Shown here: positions 28,241 through 37,022 of the stretch, one piece after another | Numbering within the stretch: the stretch's first letter is position 1 | How the letters are laid out: each line of letters opens with the position of its first letter | NCBI GenBank assembly: GCA_949288095.1 | Contig: CASEIX010000021.1 | Coordinates: 1,120 to 65,119, forward strand | DNA: 64,000 nt | Source: an uncultured Eubacteriales bacterium | GTDB lineage: Bacteria > Bacillota > Clostridia > TANB77 > CAG-508 | Reading direction: 5' to 3' | Made by a program: the position numbers and the translations under genes | Notes under the pieces: generated by a model | Told to the model about the DNA's origin: nothing | The model's input: only the letters and a program-made list of their open reading frames with translations | Database searches by the model: none

Positions 28241-28651
28241 ATGTTATTAAAGTTATGTGCTAGATGTCAAAAGGTTATACAAGCTCCTAATAGATATTGT
28301 CCTAATTGTCAAAATATTGTAGAAAAAGAAATAGAGAAGAACAAACAAAGAAGCATGAGTAGATATAACAAGAACAGAGATAAGAAGTATAAGGCTTTTT
28401 ACAATAGCAAAGAATGGAAACTATTAAGAGATACATACAAAGAAAAGCATTATTTGTGTGAAATGTGTCAAGAAGAGGCAAAGAAAGATAATAAGTGCAG
28501 TATACAATTAACAGAAGAAGTGCATCATAAAGAACCAATACAAACACCAACTGGTTGGTTAAGAAGATTAGAGTGGAGCAACTTAATAGCATTATGCCAT
28601 AAGCATCATGACTTAATGCATAATAGATTTAAGAAGAGGGAAAAGAAGTAA
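28241..28651 (+). CDS. HNH endonuclease (terminase-associated type)
   Basis: CARC..CPNC, EVHHKEPIQ, LCHKHHDLMHN; directly upstream of terS/terL. Confidence 0.85.
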   Translation: MLLKLCARCQKVIQAPNRYCPNCQNIVEKEIEKNKQRSMSRYNKNRDKKYKAFYNSKEWKLLRDTYKEKHYLCEMCQEEAKKDNKCSIQLTEEVHHKEPIQTPTGWLRRLEWSNLIALCHKHHDLMHNRFKKREKK

Positions 28652-28815
28652 TGGATAAACAACAAAAAATAAAAATAAAATTAGATATTTTAAAAACTAT
28701 ATTAGAAGTTACAAAACCAAACTTTGAGAACAATATAATAGAAATAGATATAAATAAACTTTATAATATTATTGAGAAGTTAGAAGCTCAATTAGAAATA
28801 TTGCAAGAAAATTAA
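28651..28815 (+). CDS. small hypothetical protein (54 aa)
   Basis: TAATG overlap with the HNH stop. Confidence 0.35.
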   Translation: MDKQQKIKIKLDILKTILEVTKPNFENNIIEIDINKLYNIIEKLEAQLEILQEN

Positions 28816-28946
28816 AAGCTTAGAAGAGGTAGGGGTACATAAAAAAGTATCAAAGGCACGAAGGTAGAACGGTGCGTCCCTCCTCTTTGTACAAAAAAGT
28901 CCCTCAAAATCGATTTAGAGGGTAAAATATGGGAAAGGTGATGTAA

Positions 28947-29453
28947 ATGCCTAGAGGAAATCAGAAACAACCTATAAACCTAATTATAGCTAAAGGAAAG
29001 AAACATTTAACAAGGGCTGAAATAGAAGAAAGACAAAAAACAGAAATACATACAGATCATGTTAATGTAAAGCCGCCAGACTATTTAAACGAAGAAGAAG
29101 TAAAAGAATTTTATAGAATATCGCAAATATTGTTAGATATAGGAATTATAACTGAGCTAGACGAAGATTGTTTAGCTCATTATTTAATTTCAAATTCAAG
29201 TTATATTAAATATACTAAGAAAATTAGGGCATTAGAAGATGAACTATTAGAAGCAAAAAGAACAGACAGAAAAGCAAAATTGAAATCTGAAATAGATACA
29301 TATTTGACATATCAAGATAAAGCTTTAAAACAATGTAGAGCATGTGCAAACGACCTAGGACTTTCTATATCTTCAAGAGCAAAATTAGTAATGCCACAAC
29401 CAAAAGACCCACCAAAAGAAAATAAGTTTAATAAATTTAAGGTGGTGGGCTAA
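28947..29453 (+). CDS. terS: terminase small subunit (P27-family-like)
   Basis: Position, size, and N-terminal PRGNQKQPINLIIAKGKKHLTRAEIEER typical of the family. Confidence 0.8.
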   Translation: MPRGNQKQPINLIIAKGKKHLTRAEIEERQKTEIHTDHVNVKPPDYLNEEEVKEFYRISQILLDIGIITELDEDCLAHYLISNSSYIKYTKKIRALEDELLEAKRTDRKAKLKSEIDTYLTYQDKALKQCRACANDLGLSISSRAKLVMPQPKDPPKENKFNKFKVVG

Positions 29454-29504
29454 ATAATAGATAGAGTAACAGAATATGCGAAGAAAATCATAGATGAAAA
29501 CAAA

Positions 29505-31169
29505 ATGGGAGAATTGCATATTCTAGCATGCAAAAGACATCTTGAAGATTTAAAAAGACAAGGAACTAAAGATTTTCCATATATCTGGAATCCAGAAAAA
29601 GCAGAAAGAATTTTACAATATGCTGAAACACTAACAATAGGGGAAGGTTTTGAAAAGAAACAAGTAAAATTAGTTGGTGGACAGATATTTGATTTTGGTT
29701 GTCCGTTTGGATGGATAAAACTAAATGGAAAAAGAAGATTTAGACGTTCTTATAAGTCTATGGCTAGACAAAATGGAAAATCATTTGAAAATGGTATAAA
29801 AGGTACATACATAGGTGGATTTAGTGGTTACAATTATGGAAAATTGTTCACAGTAGCAACAAAGAAAAGACAAGCTCGAATTGCTTGGGAGGAAATGAAA
29901 AAATTTATCGAAGCAGACGAAGATTTACAAGAATTATTTGATATAAAAGATTACAAATCATTGATAATTGCAAAAGATACACAATGTACAATAGAAGCTT
30001 TATCTAGAGAAAGTGGATTGGATGATGGATTCAGAGCAATATTTGCGAGTATTGATGAATATCATCAACATCCAGATGCTAAAACCTATAAGGCTATCTA
30101 TAATGGTACAAAAGCACTAGAAGAAACATTAATAAGCATTATAACAACAAGAGGAGATAAACTAAACAGTGCTTGCTTTGAAATGGACCAATATTGTATC
30201 AATATTTTGAAAGGAATAGTTACAGCAGATGATTTCTTTGTTGATATATATGCCTTAGATGAAAAAGACGATATATTTAATCCAGAAAATTTAATAAAAG
30301 CAAACCCATACCTAGCCTCTACAAAACAAGGATTAGAAAACTTAATAACAGACATGCAAACTGCTAGAGACATAGGAGGAAATGAACTAAGAGACTTTAT
30401 GACGAAGTCTCTAAATTTATGGGTACAAAATACAGAAGATAGATTTACAAGTCCACAAAAGTGGAAAAAGTGTGAATCAGAATTAGAATTGAAAGATTTA
30501 GAAGGAAAAAAATGTTATGTAGGATTGGACTTATCAAGTGGTGGAGACTTAACAACAATAGCCATTGAAATACCACTACAAGATGAGGAATTTTTTATAT
30601 CAACACATTCTTTTATGCCACGAGCAAGAATGGAAGAACATATAGCAACAGATATTGCTCCTTATGATTTGTGGGAAAGAGAAGGATTAATAACAGTAAC
30701 AGGTGGACAAGCAACATATAAGAATGACTATAAGTTTATCATTAAATTTTTAAAGGACATTATAGAAGAATATGACTTAAATATACAAGCAATAGGATAT
30801 GATCCACACAATGCAGATGGATTTTTAGCAGATTTGGAAGAATTTGGTGTACCACTTTTAGAAATAAAACAGTCAGCAAGATTTTTGCACGATGGAACAG
30901 AAGACATGCAACTGAATATTGAATCTAGAAAGATAAAATACAACAAAAAAGAAGAATTACTAAGTTATAGTGTTTCAAATGCAAAAATAGTGAGAAATAG
31001 TTTTGGAGAAAAGAAAATAGATAAAGAAAAGGACTCAAAAAATAAAAGAATAGACCCAGTTGATGCTGTAATCGATGCACATATTACTCAAATGAAATTT
31101 AAAGAAGAAGAAACGGTAGATTATAACAAAGAAATGGAAGATTATTTAGAAACAATGGGTTGGAAATAG
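29505..31169 (+). CDS. terL: terminase large subunit (true start probably upstream at a non-ATG codon near 29454)
   Basis: ARQNGKS Walker-A-like; Terminase_1-type layout. The in-frame upstream segment IIDRVTEYAKKIIDENK looks like the family N-terminus. Confidence 0.9.
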   Translation: MGELHILACKRHLEDLKRQGTKDFPYIWNPEKAERILQYAETLTIGEGFEKKQVKLVGGQIFDFGCPFGWIKLNGKRRFRRSYKSMARQNGKSFENGIKGTYIGGFSGYNYGKLFTVATKKRQARIAWEEMKKFIEADEDLQELFDIKDYKSLIIAKDTQCTIEALSRESGLDDGFRAIFASIDEYHQHPDAKTYKAIYNGTKALEETLISIITTRGDKLNSACFEMDQYCINILKGIVTADDFFVDIYALDEKDDIFNPENLIKANPYLASTKQGLENLITDMQTARDIGGNELRDFMTKSLNLWVQNTEDRFTSPQKWKKCESELELKDLEGKKCYVGLDLSSGGDLTTIAIEIPLQDEEFFISTHSFMPRARMEEHIATDIAPYDLWEREGLITVTGGQATYKNDYKFIIKFLKDIIEEYDLNIQAIGYDPHNADGFLADLEEFGVPLLEIKQSARFLHDGTEDMQLNIESRKIKYNKKEELLSYSVSNAKIVRNSFGEKKIDKEKDSKNKRIDPVDAVIDAHITQMKFKEEETVDYNKEMEDYLETMGWK

Positions 31170-31178
31170 GAGGAAAAA

Positions 31179-32486
31179 GTGAAACTTAAAGAACGAATAA
31201 AGACAGCATATAGAGTATTAACAAATAAAACTAGTAAAGATACAGCAATGCAACAATTAATTGACTTTTTGGGATTACATGATACAAAAGAAAGTGAATT
31301 ATCTGAAGCTACTTATTTTGCTTGCCTAAAAGTTTTAAGTGAATCGGTAGGAAAATTACCACTTAAATTATTACAACATAATGAAGATGGTGGTGTTGTT
31401 ACTGCAAGAGGACATCCGTTATATTTTGTATTGCATGATAGACCAAACCCTTATATGACTTCAACAACATTTTGGTCAACAATGGAGCAAAACAGAAATC
31501 ATTATGGAGATGCTTATGCATGGATTAAAGGAGCAGGAACAAAAACATCGCTATGGATTTTACCATCGGATAGTGTAGAAATTTGGTATGATGACCAGAA
31601 AATATTAAGTGATGTACCAGATATCTATTATATTTATTCTCATGGTGGAAAATTGTATAAATTTTCATCTGAACAAATTATACACCTAAAAACATCAAGT
31701 AGTTTCGATGGAATAAAAGGGATACCTGTTCGAGAACAACTAAAATCTACAATTAGTGGAAATATAAAATCACAAAAAATGTTAAATCAAATGTATAAAA
31801 GTGGTTTTACAGCTAAAGCAGTGGTTCAATATACAGCAGATTTATCTGGAGACAATCTAAAAAAGTTTAAAGAGATGATAGAAGATTTTGCTGGTAGTGA
31901 CTTAGATGATGAAGAAGTAAAAAACATAATTCCGATTCCAGTTGGAACTACATTAACACCATTAAATGTTAAGTTAGCAGACAGTCAATTTATAGATATA
32001 AAAAAATACAGTGCCTTACAGATAGCATCTGCATTTGGAATAAAACCAAATCAGATAGGAGATTATGAAAAATCTAGTTATGCAAGTGCTGAAGCACAGC
32101 AATTAAGCTTTTATGTAGATACATTATTGTACATTTTAAAGCAATATGAAGAAGAATTAAACTATAAACTTTTGTCAAGGGAAGAAATAGACAATGGATA
32201 TTATTTTAAATTTAATGTAGCAGTTATATTAAGAGCAGATTTAAAAACACAAATAGAAACATTAAGCCAAGCAGTATCTAATTTTATATATACACCAAAT
32301 GAAGCGAGAGCATTATTAGATAAGCCAGCAGTACCAGGAGGAGATAAACTTCTAGGAAATGGTGCTAGTATTCCTGTAGAACTTGCAGGAGCACAATATA
32401 CAAATCTTGAAGGAAAGGAGGAAGCAAAACAATGGATGGAAAAGACAATAGAGAAGATACTGACAAAATTGTTGAAGAAGGTGTAA
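31179..32486 (+). CDS. portal protein (HK97 family)
   Basis: GTG start behind GGAGGA; size and position after terL. Confidence 0.88.
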   Translation: MKLKERIKTAYRVLTNKTSKDTAMQQLIDFLGLHDTKESELSEATYFACLKVLSESVGKLPLKLLQHNEDGGVVTARGHPLYFVLHDRPNPYMTSTTFWSTMEQNRNHYGDAYAWIKGAGTKTSLWILPSDSVEIWYDDQKILSDVPDIYYIYSHGGKLYKFSSEQIIHLKTSSSFDGIKGIPVREQLKSTISGNIKSQKMLNQMYKSGFTAKAVVQYTADLSGDNLKKFKEMIEDFAGSDLDDEEVKNIIPIPVGTTLTPLNVKLADSQFIDIKKYSALQIASAFGIKPNQIGDYEKSSYASAEAQQLSFYVDTLLYILKQYEEELNYKLLSREEIDNGYYFKFNVAVILRADLKTQIETLSQAVSNFIYTPNEARALLDKPAVPGGDKLLGNGASIPVELAGAQYTNLEGKEEAKQWMEKTIEKILTKLLKKV

Positions 32487-33208
32487 TTTGCAAGGCTGTA
32501 GGAGTTGAAAATCAAGAAGTTACAGATGAAGAACTTAGAAAAATTAACAAATTTACACTAACTCCTTTGAAAGCGGATGAAGTATTCACATTTAAATTAA
32601 TAATGGGAGATAACGAACTAGATGATAGAAATTATGAGCCATTTAACTTAAATGCCTTAAAAGATTTGCAAAAATTATACATTGGAAAAACAATGATAAA
32701 GGACCACAGAAGAACAGCAGATAATCAAATAGCAAGAGTATATGATACAGAATTAGTTCAAGATAGTAGCAAAACAGTAAAATCTGGGGAAATCTATACA
32801 AAATTAATTGCAAAATGCTATATGGTTAAAACTGAAAAAAATGCAGACCTAATTTCTGAGATTAAGGCAGGAATAAAAAAGGAAGTATCAACTAGTTGCA
32901 AACCTAAACGTGCAATTTGTTCTATTTGTGGACTAGACAACATGAAAAACTATTGCTCACATTGGTGGGGAAAAGAGTATGAAACAGCAGAAGGCAAAAA
33001 AACATGCTATTTTACTTTAGATGGAGCAAAAGAGGCATATGAAGTATCTTTCGTAGCAGTTCCAGCACAGCCACGAGCAGGAACTACAAAAAATTATGGT
33101 GGCAAAGAAATTAAAAAAGAAAAAAATAACGAAGAAGCAGAGATTGATTTGAAAATCAAAAATCTAGCTTCTTTTTTATTTACAGAAAAAGAAAATTTGG
33201 AGGTATGA
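32432..33208 (+). CDS. prohead maturation protease (HK97/S78-like); start uncertain
   Basis: Between portal and capsid; C-terminal EVSFVAVPAQPRAG resembles the S78 family end. Confidence 0.6.
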   Translation: MDGKDNREDTDKIVEEGVICKAVGVENQEVTDEELRKINKFTLTPLKADEVFTFKLIMGDNELDDRNYEPFNLNALKDLQKLYIGKTMIKDHRRTADNQIARVYDTELVQDSSKTVKSGEIYTKLIAKCYMVKTEKNADLISEIKAGIKKEVSTSCKPKRAICSICGLDNMKNYCSHWWGKEYETAEGKKTCYFTLDGAKEAYEVSFVAVPAQPRAGTTKNYGGKEIKKEKNNEEAEIDLKIKNLASFLFTEKENLEV

Positions 33209-34377
33209 AAATTATGAACAAGAAAATGAGAGAATTATTAGCAAAAATTGAAAGTAAACAAGCATTAGCAAAAGGATATACAGAAGGAGAAAACAAAGAT
33301 TTAGCAAAAGCAAAAGAAATCTTAGATGAAATTGATAAATTACAAGAAGAATATGAAGTTGAAAAAAGATTATTTGAAAATGAAAAAGAATCTGCAAAAT
33401 TAAGTGAAGAAGATGTAGCAAAAATAGAAAAAAATATTGCAGAGAAAAAAGAAGACAAAGAAGAGGAAGATTCTGTACAAAAATTTGCAAAACAAATTAG
33501 AAATATTGCAAAAGGCTTAAACGAAGGAACACCAGCAGATGGTGGTTACACAGTTCCAGAAGATATTTCTACAATGGTAGAAGAGAGAAGAGAAGCTAAA
33601 GCATCTTTAATTGATTTAGTTAGTGTTGAAACAGTAACTACAAACAAAGGTAGTAGGACTTTTAAGAAAAGAAGTCAACAAAAAGGTTTTACAAAAGTTG
33701 GAGAAGGTGGAAAGATTACATCTACATCAACACCACAATTTGAAAGAATGGACTATGTAATTTCTAAATATGCTGGATATTTACCAATTACAAATGAATT
33801 ACTAGAAGATACAGACACAAATATCGTTAATATAATTGTTGAATGGCTAGGGGACGAGTCAAGAGTAACAAGAAACAAAATAATCTTAGATTTAATTAAA
33901 ACTCAAGATGAAGTTGAATTAGACGGATTAGACGACATTAAGAAAGTGTTAAATGTAACTTTAGGTAGTGCCTTTAAATCTACATCTGTAATTGTTACAA
34001 ATGATGATGGTTTACAATACTTAGACACATTAAAAGACAATGATGGAAAATACTTATTACAACCAAATCCAGCAAATCCAATGGAAATGAGATTAGCAGC
34101 AGGAGCAATAACAGTACCAGTAAAAGTAATACCAAATGCAGATTTAGCAACAACTTCAAATAAAATTCCATTTATAATTGGAGATTTAAAAGAAGGTATT
34201 AGATTCTTTGATAGAAAACAATTAACTATCAATACTTCTAATGTTGCTGCAATCGGAGAATTAAATGCATTTGAAGAAGATTTAACATTATTCAGAGGCA
34301 TTGAAAGAGAAGATTGTAAAATTAGAGATGAAGAAGCTTTTGTAAACGGATATATTAGTACAACACCAAGTGTATAG
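33205..34377 (+). CDS. major capsid protein (HK97 fold) with N-terminal coiled-coil delta domain
   Basis: Position, size (390 aa), Lys/Glu-rich scaffold-like N-terminus. Confidence 0.85.
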   Translation: MKIMNKKMRELLAKIESKQALAKGYTEGENKDLAKAKEILDEIDKLQEEYEVEKRLFENEKESAKLSEEDVAKIEKNIAEKKEDKEEEDSVQKFAKQIRNIAKGLNEGTPADGGYTVPEDISTMVEERREAKASLIDLVSVETVTTNKGSRTFKKRSQQKGFTKVGEGGKITSTSTPQFERMDYVISKYAGYLPITNELLEDTDTNIVNIIVEWLGDESRVTRNKIILDLIKTQDEVELDGLDDIKKVLNVTLGSAFKSTSVIVTNDDGLQYLDTLKDNDGKYLLQPNPANPMEMRLAAGAITVPVKVIPNADLATTSNKIPFIIGDLKEGIRFFDRKQLTINTSNVAAIGELNAFEEDLTLFRGIEREDCKIRDEEAFVNGYISTTPSV

Positions 34378-34387
34378 GAGGTAGCTT

Positions 34388-34708
34388 ATGGGAGAATCAA
34401 TACAAAAACTTCTTAAATTAGCAAAAGAATGTTTAAGCATAGTTGATTCTTCCACCTTAAAAGATAAGGAAATCACTATGCTTATACAATCTGCTATATC
34501 TGATTTAGAAAGATTAAAAATAGATGTAAAAGGACATATAGAAGATGATCTAGTTAAAAATACAATTATAATTTATATCAAAGCTCATTTTGGAGACGGA
34601 GACATGGATAAAAGAATCGAATATCTAAAAAGATATAAAGCTAATCTAAGAGAGTTGCAGTTTTCTGAAGAATATCAAATGAAGAAGGAGGTAGATAGCA
34701 ATGCGTGA
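34388..34708 (+). CDS. head-tail connector (gp6-like)
   Basis: Position and size. Confidence 0.55.
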   Translation: MGESIQKLLKLAKECLSIVDSSTLKDKEITMLIQSAISDLERLKIDVKGHIEDDLVKNTIIIYIKAHFGDGDMDKRIEYLKRYKANLRELQFSEEYQMKKEVDSNA

Positions 34709-35009
34709 TGTAAGTTGCAAGTTGTTATCTACAACTTATGAAAAGAATGAAAAAGGTGTTTTAATGCCTGTTGCAACAACAGAAAGAGAAATACCTATTA
34801 TAGATGAAGAAGATATATATGCAAATGAATATTATCAAGCAAGTCAACAAGGGTACAAACCAACTTTAAGATTAATAATAAGTACTTTAAATTACAACAA
34901 TGAAGATGAGCTAATATATATGAATACTAAATATACTATAATTCGTCCTCAAAAAAGAAATGAAGATGAACTTATATTGGTGTGTGAAAGGAAAATAAAG
35001 AATGTCTAA
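34701..35009 (+). CDS. head closure protein
   Basis: Position and size. Confidence 0.5.
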   Translation: MRDVSCKLLSTTYEKNEKGVLMPVATTEREIPIIDEEDIYANEYYQASQQGYKPTLRLIISTLNYNNEDELIYMNTKYTIIRPQKRNEDELILVCERKIKNV

Positions 35010-35418
35010 ATCTATCAAACCAGAAGAATTGCAAAAAGCTATACAAGAATATTTAACAGAATATGTAGAAGATATAGAAAGTGATGTAAAAGAAACAACA
35101 GATTCCGTAACAAAAGAAGCAAAAGAAAAATTGAAACAGACGAGCCCTAGAAGTGGCATAGCAAGAAATACAAAATATTATAAAGGCTGGGCTGTTAAAA
35201 ATGGAGACAAAACAAGAAAAGGAAGTCATAAATATACAAAAGTTATTTGGAATAAGACCAATTATCAATTAACACATTTATTAGAATTTGGACATCACAA
35301 AAGAGACGGAACAGGTTGGGTAGAAGCACAACCACATATAAGAAAAGTAGAAGAAGAATATGGAAGTAAATTTGCAGATTTATTAGATAGAAAAATCAAA
35401 AGGAGGTCTAAAGCATGA
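35002..35418 (+). CDS. HK97 gp10-like tail component
   Basis: NYQLTHLLEFGH motif; position. Confidence 0.55.
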   Translation: MSKSIKPEELQKAIQEYLTEYVEDIESDVKETTDSVTKEAKEKLKQTSPRSGIARNTKYYKGWAVKNGDKTRKGSHKYTKVIWNKTNYQLTHLLEFGHHKRDGTGWVEAQPHIRKVEEEYGSKFADLLDRKIKRRSKA

Positions 35419-35726
35419 CATTAGAAGAATTAAATACAAGATGCAAGAATGAAAATATACAATATGCTTATGGAGTTTTTCAAGAACCAGTTAGTCCTCC
35501 ACATCTAATAGCATTAGAAACAGAAACAGACAACTTTATGGCAGACAACAAAGTCTTTAGCAGAAAAGGAAGAATCCAATTGGATTTAACTATGGATTAT
35601 ATAGATTTTGACTTAATAGACAAAGTCGAAAATAAAATTTTATACGATGTATGTTGGAATAAAACAGAAGCAACTTATTTGTCAGATGAAAAAATTTGGC
35701 AGATAAGTTATTTTTTTGAAATTTAA
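35415..35726 (+). CDS. tail completion protein (putative)
   Basis: Position. Confidence 0.4.
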   Translation: MTLEELNTRCKNENIQYAYGVFQEPVSPPHLIALETETDNFMADNKVFSRKGRIQLDLTMDYIDFDLIDKVENKILYDVCWNKTEATYLSDEKIWQISYFFEI

Positions 35727-35744
35727 AAATAAGGAGGAAATGAA

Positions 35745-36326
35745 ATGTCAGAAAAAAATAAAGTTAAATTTGGTCTTAGTAATGTTCATGTCGCAAAAAT
35801 AATTAAAGGAGAAGATGGAGCAATTACATATGATACACCATTCAAAATTCCAGGTGCTGTAAACTTAAGTTTAGATGCAGAAGGAGATAATGAACCATTT
35901 TATGCCGATAATATTAAATATTTTGAAAGCTTTGCGAATAATGGATATTCTGGAGAACTTGAAATAGCAAAAATACCAGATGAGTTCTTAAAAGAAATTT
36001 TAGGACAAAAAATCGACTCTATTGGTGGTGTTCTAGAGAATATAAATGATGTCATCACACCATTTGCTTTCATGTATCAAATCGAAGGAGATGTTACAGG
36101 AACTAGATTTTGTTACTATAATACAACAGTTTCTAGACCATCAACAGAAGCAGGAACAACAGAAGATACAAAAACACCAAATACAGACACATTGTCTATC
36201 ACAACTTCTGCAAGAGAAGACACAGGAGATGTAAGATACAAATTAGCATTATCTGATACAAATAAAACTGAGTACAATTCATTCTTTGATGCAGTACCAG
36301 AACCAAAAGATGAAGCATCAGTATAG
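35745..36326 (+). CDS. major tail protein
   Basis: Position before chaperone and tape measure; 193 aa. Confidence 0.7.
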   Translation: MSEKNKVKFGLSNVHVAKIIKGEDGAITYDTPFKIPGAVNLSLDAEGDNEPFYADNIKYFESFANNGYSGELEIAKIPDEFLKEILGQKIDSIGGVLENINDVITPFAFMYQIEGDVTGTRFCYYNTTVSRPSTEAGTTEDTKTPNTDTLSITTSAREDTGDVRYKLALSDTNKTEYNSFFDAVPEPKDEASV

Positions 36327-36367
36327 GATTCTCCTATACTGATTTTTCAATGGAAAGGAAAGATTAA

Positions 36368-36778
36368 ATGAAAAAGATTGATATTTGTGGAAAAGAATTT
36401 GAAATAGATTGCAATGCTTTTACTTATGTTGAATATAGAAAAAAATTCAAGAATCATGGAATATTTGAAGATTTTGAAACAATTAACAATTTTGAAACGG
36501 TACAAGTTCTATTAACAGCAGAATTAAAAGAGAAAAATCCAAATATAACAGAGGCAGAAATAGTAAGAGAAACATCAAGACAAATGCTAAAGTATATGGA
36601 CGATTTTATAGAGGCTATCACAAGAGTTGGATACATCTGTTGTTATACTGCAAATCCAAAAATAGGAGAATATGAAGATTGGCTAAAAGAACTTAAAAGA
36701 ATAAATACAAATGATATGTGGATTGTTGAGGTAACGGAACTTGCCGTCAACTGCTTTTGTGGACGAGAAGGTATTTAA
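36368..36778 (+). CDS. tail assembly chaperone (G-like)
   Basis: Position immediately upstream of the tape measure. Confidence 0.6.
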   Translation: MKKIDICGKEFEIDCNAFTYVEYRKKFKNHGIFEDFETINNFETVQVLLTAELKEKNPNITEAEIVRETSRQMLKYMDDFIEAITRVGYICCYTANPKIGEYEDWLKELKRINTNDMWIVEVTELAVNCFCGREGI

Positions 36779-37013
36779 AAAACTAGAAGAAATAAACAAA
36801 GAAAGCAGAAATCAGAAGAAAAGTTTATTTCCAGAACATGAATTTTTAGTAGCTTGTCTAAGAATGGGATTAAAAATAGAAGATTTAAAAATCTTGACAT
36901 ATGTAGATGTATTAAAGATTTTTATATCTTTTTTTGATAATGACAAAGAAGAGGAAAATGGCACAAGAATGGCAACACAAGAAGATATACAAAATTTAGT
37001 AGCAAGAATGTAG
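36741..37013 (+). CDS. tail assembly chaperone extension (T-like), in the +1 frame relative to 36368..36778
   Basis: Overlapping ORF ending just before the tape measure; no good independent start. Confidence 0.5.
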   Translation: MPSTAFVDEKVFKKLEEINKESRNQKKSLFPEHEFLVACLRMGLKIEDLKILTYVDVLKIFISFFDNDKEEENGTRMATQEDIQNLVARM

Positions 37014-37022
37014 GAGGTAGAA

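Noticed and set aside
36764-36766. CGA in the tail chaperone overlap as another C-skipping site (gga-C-gag would also enter the T frame)
   Set aside because: CGA is used as an ordinary in-frame Arg codon elsewhere, e.g. 29877-29879 in terL and 11029-11027 in the ImmA extension. There is no evidence that CGA behaves like CGG.
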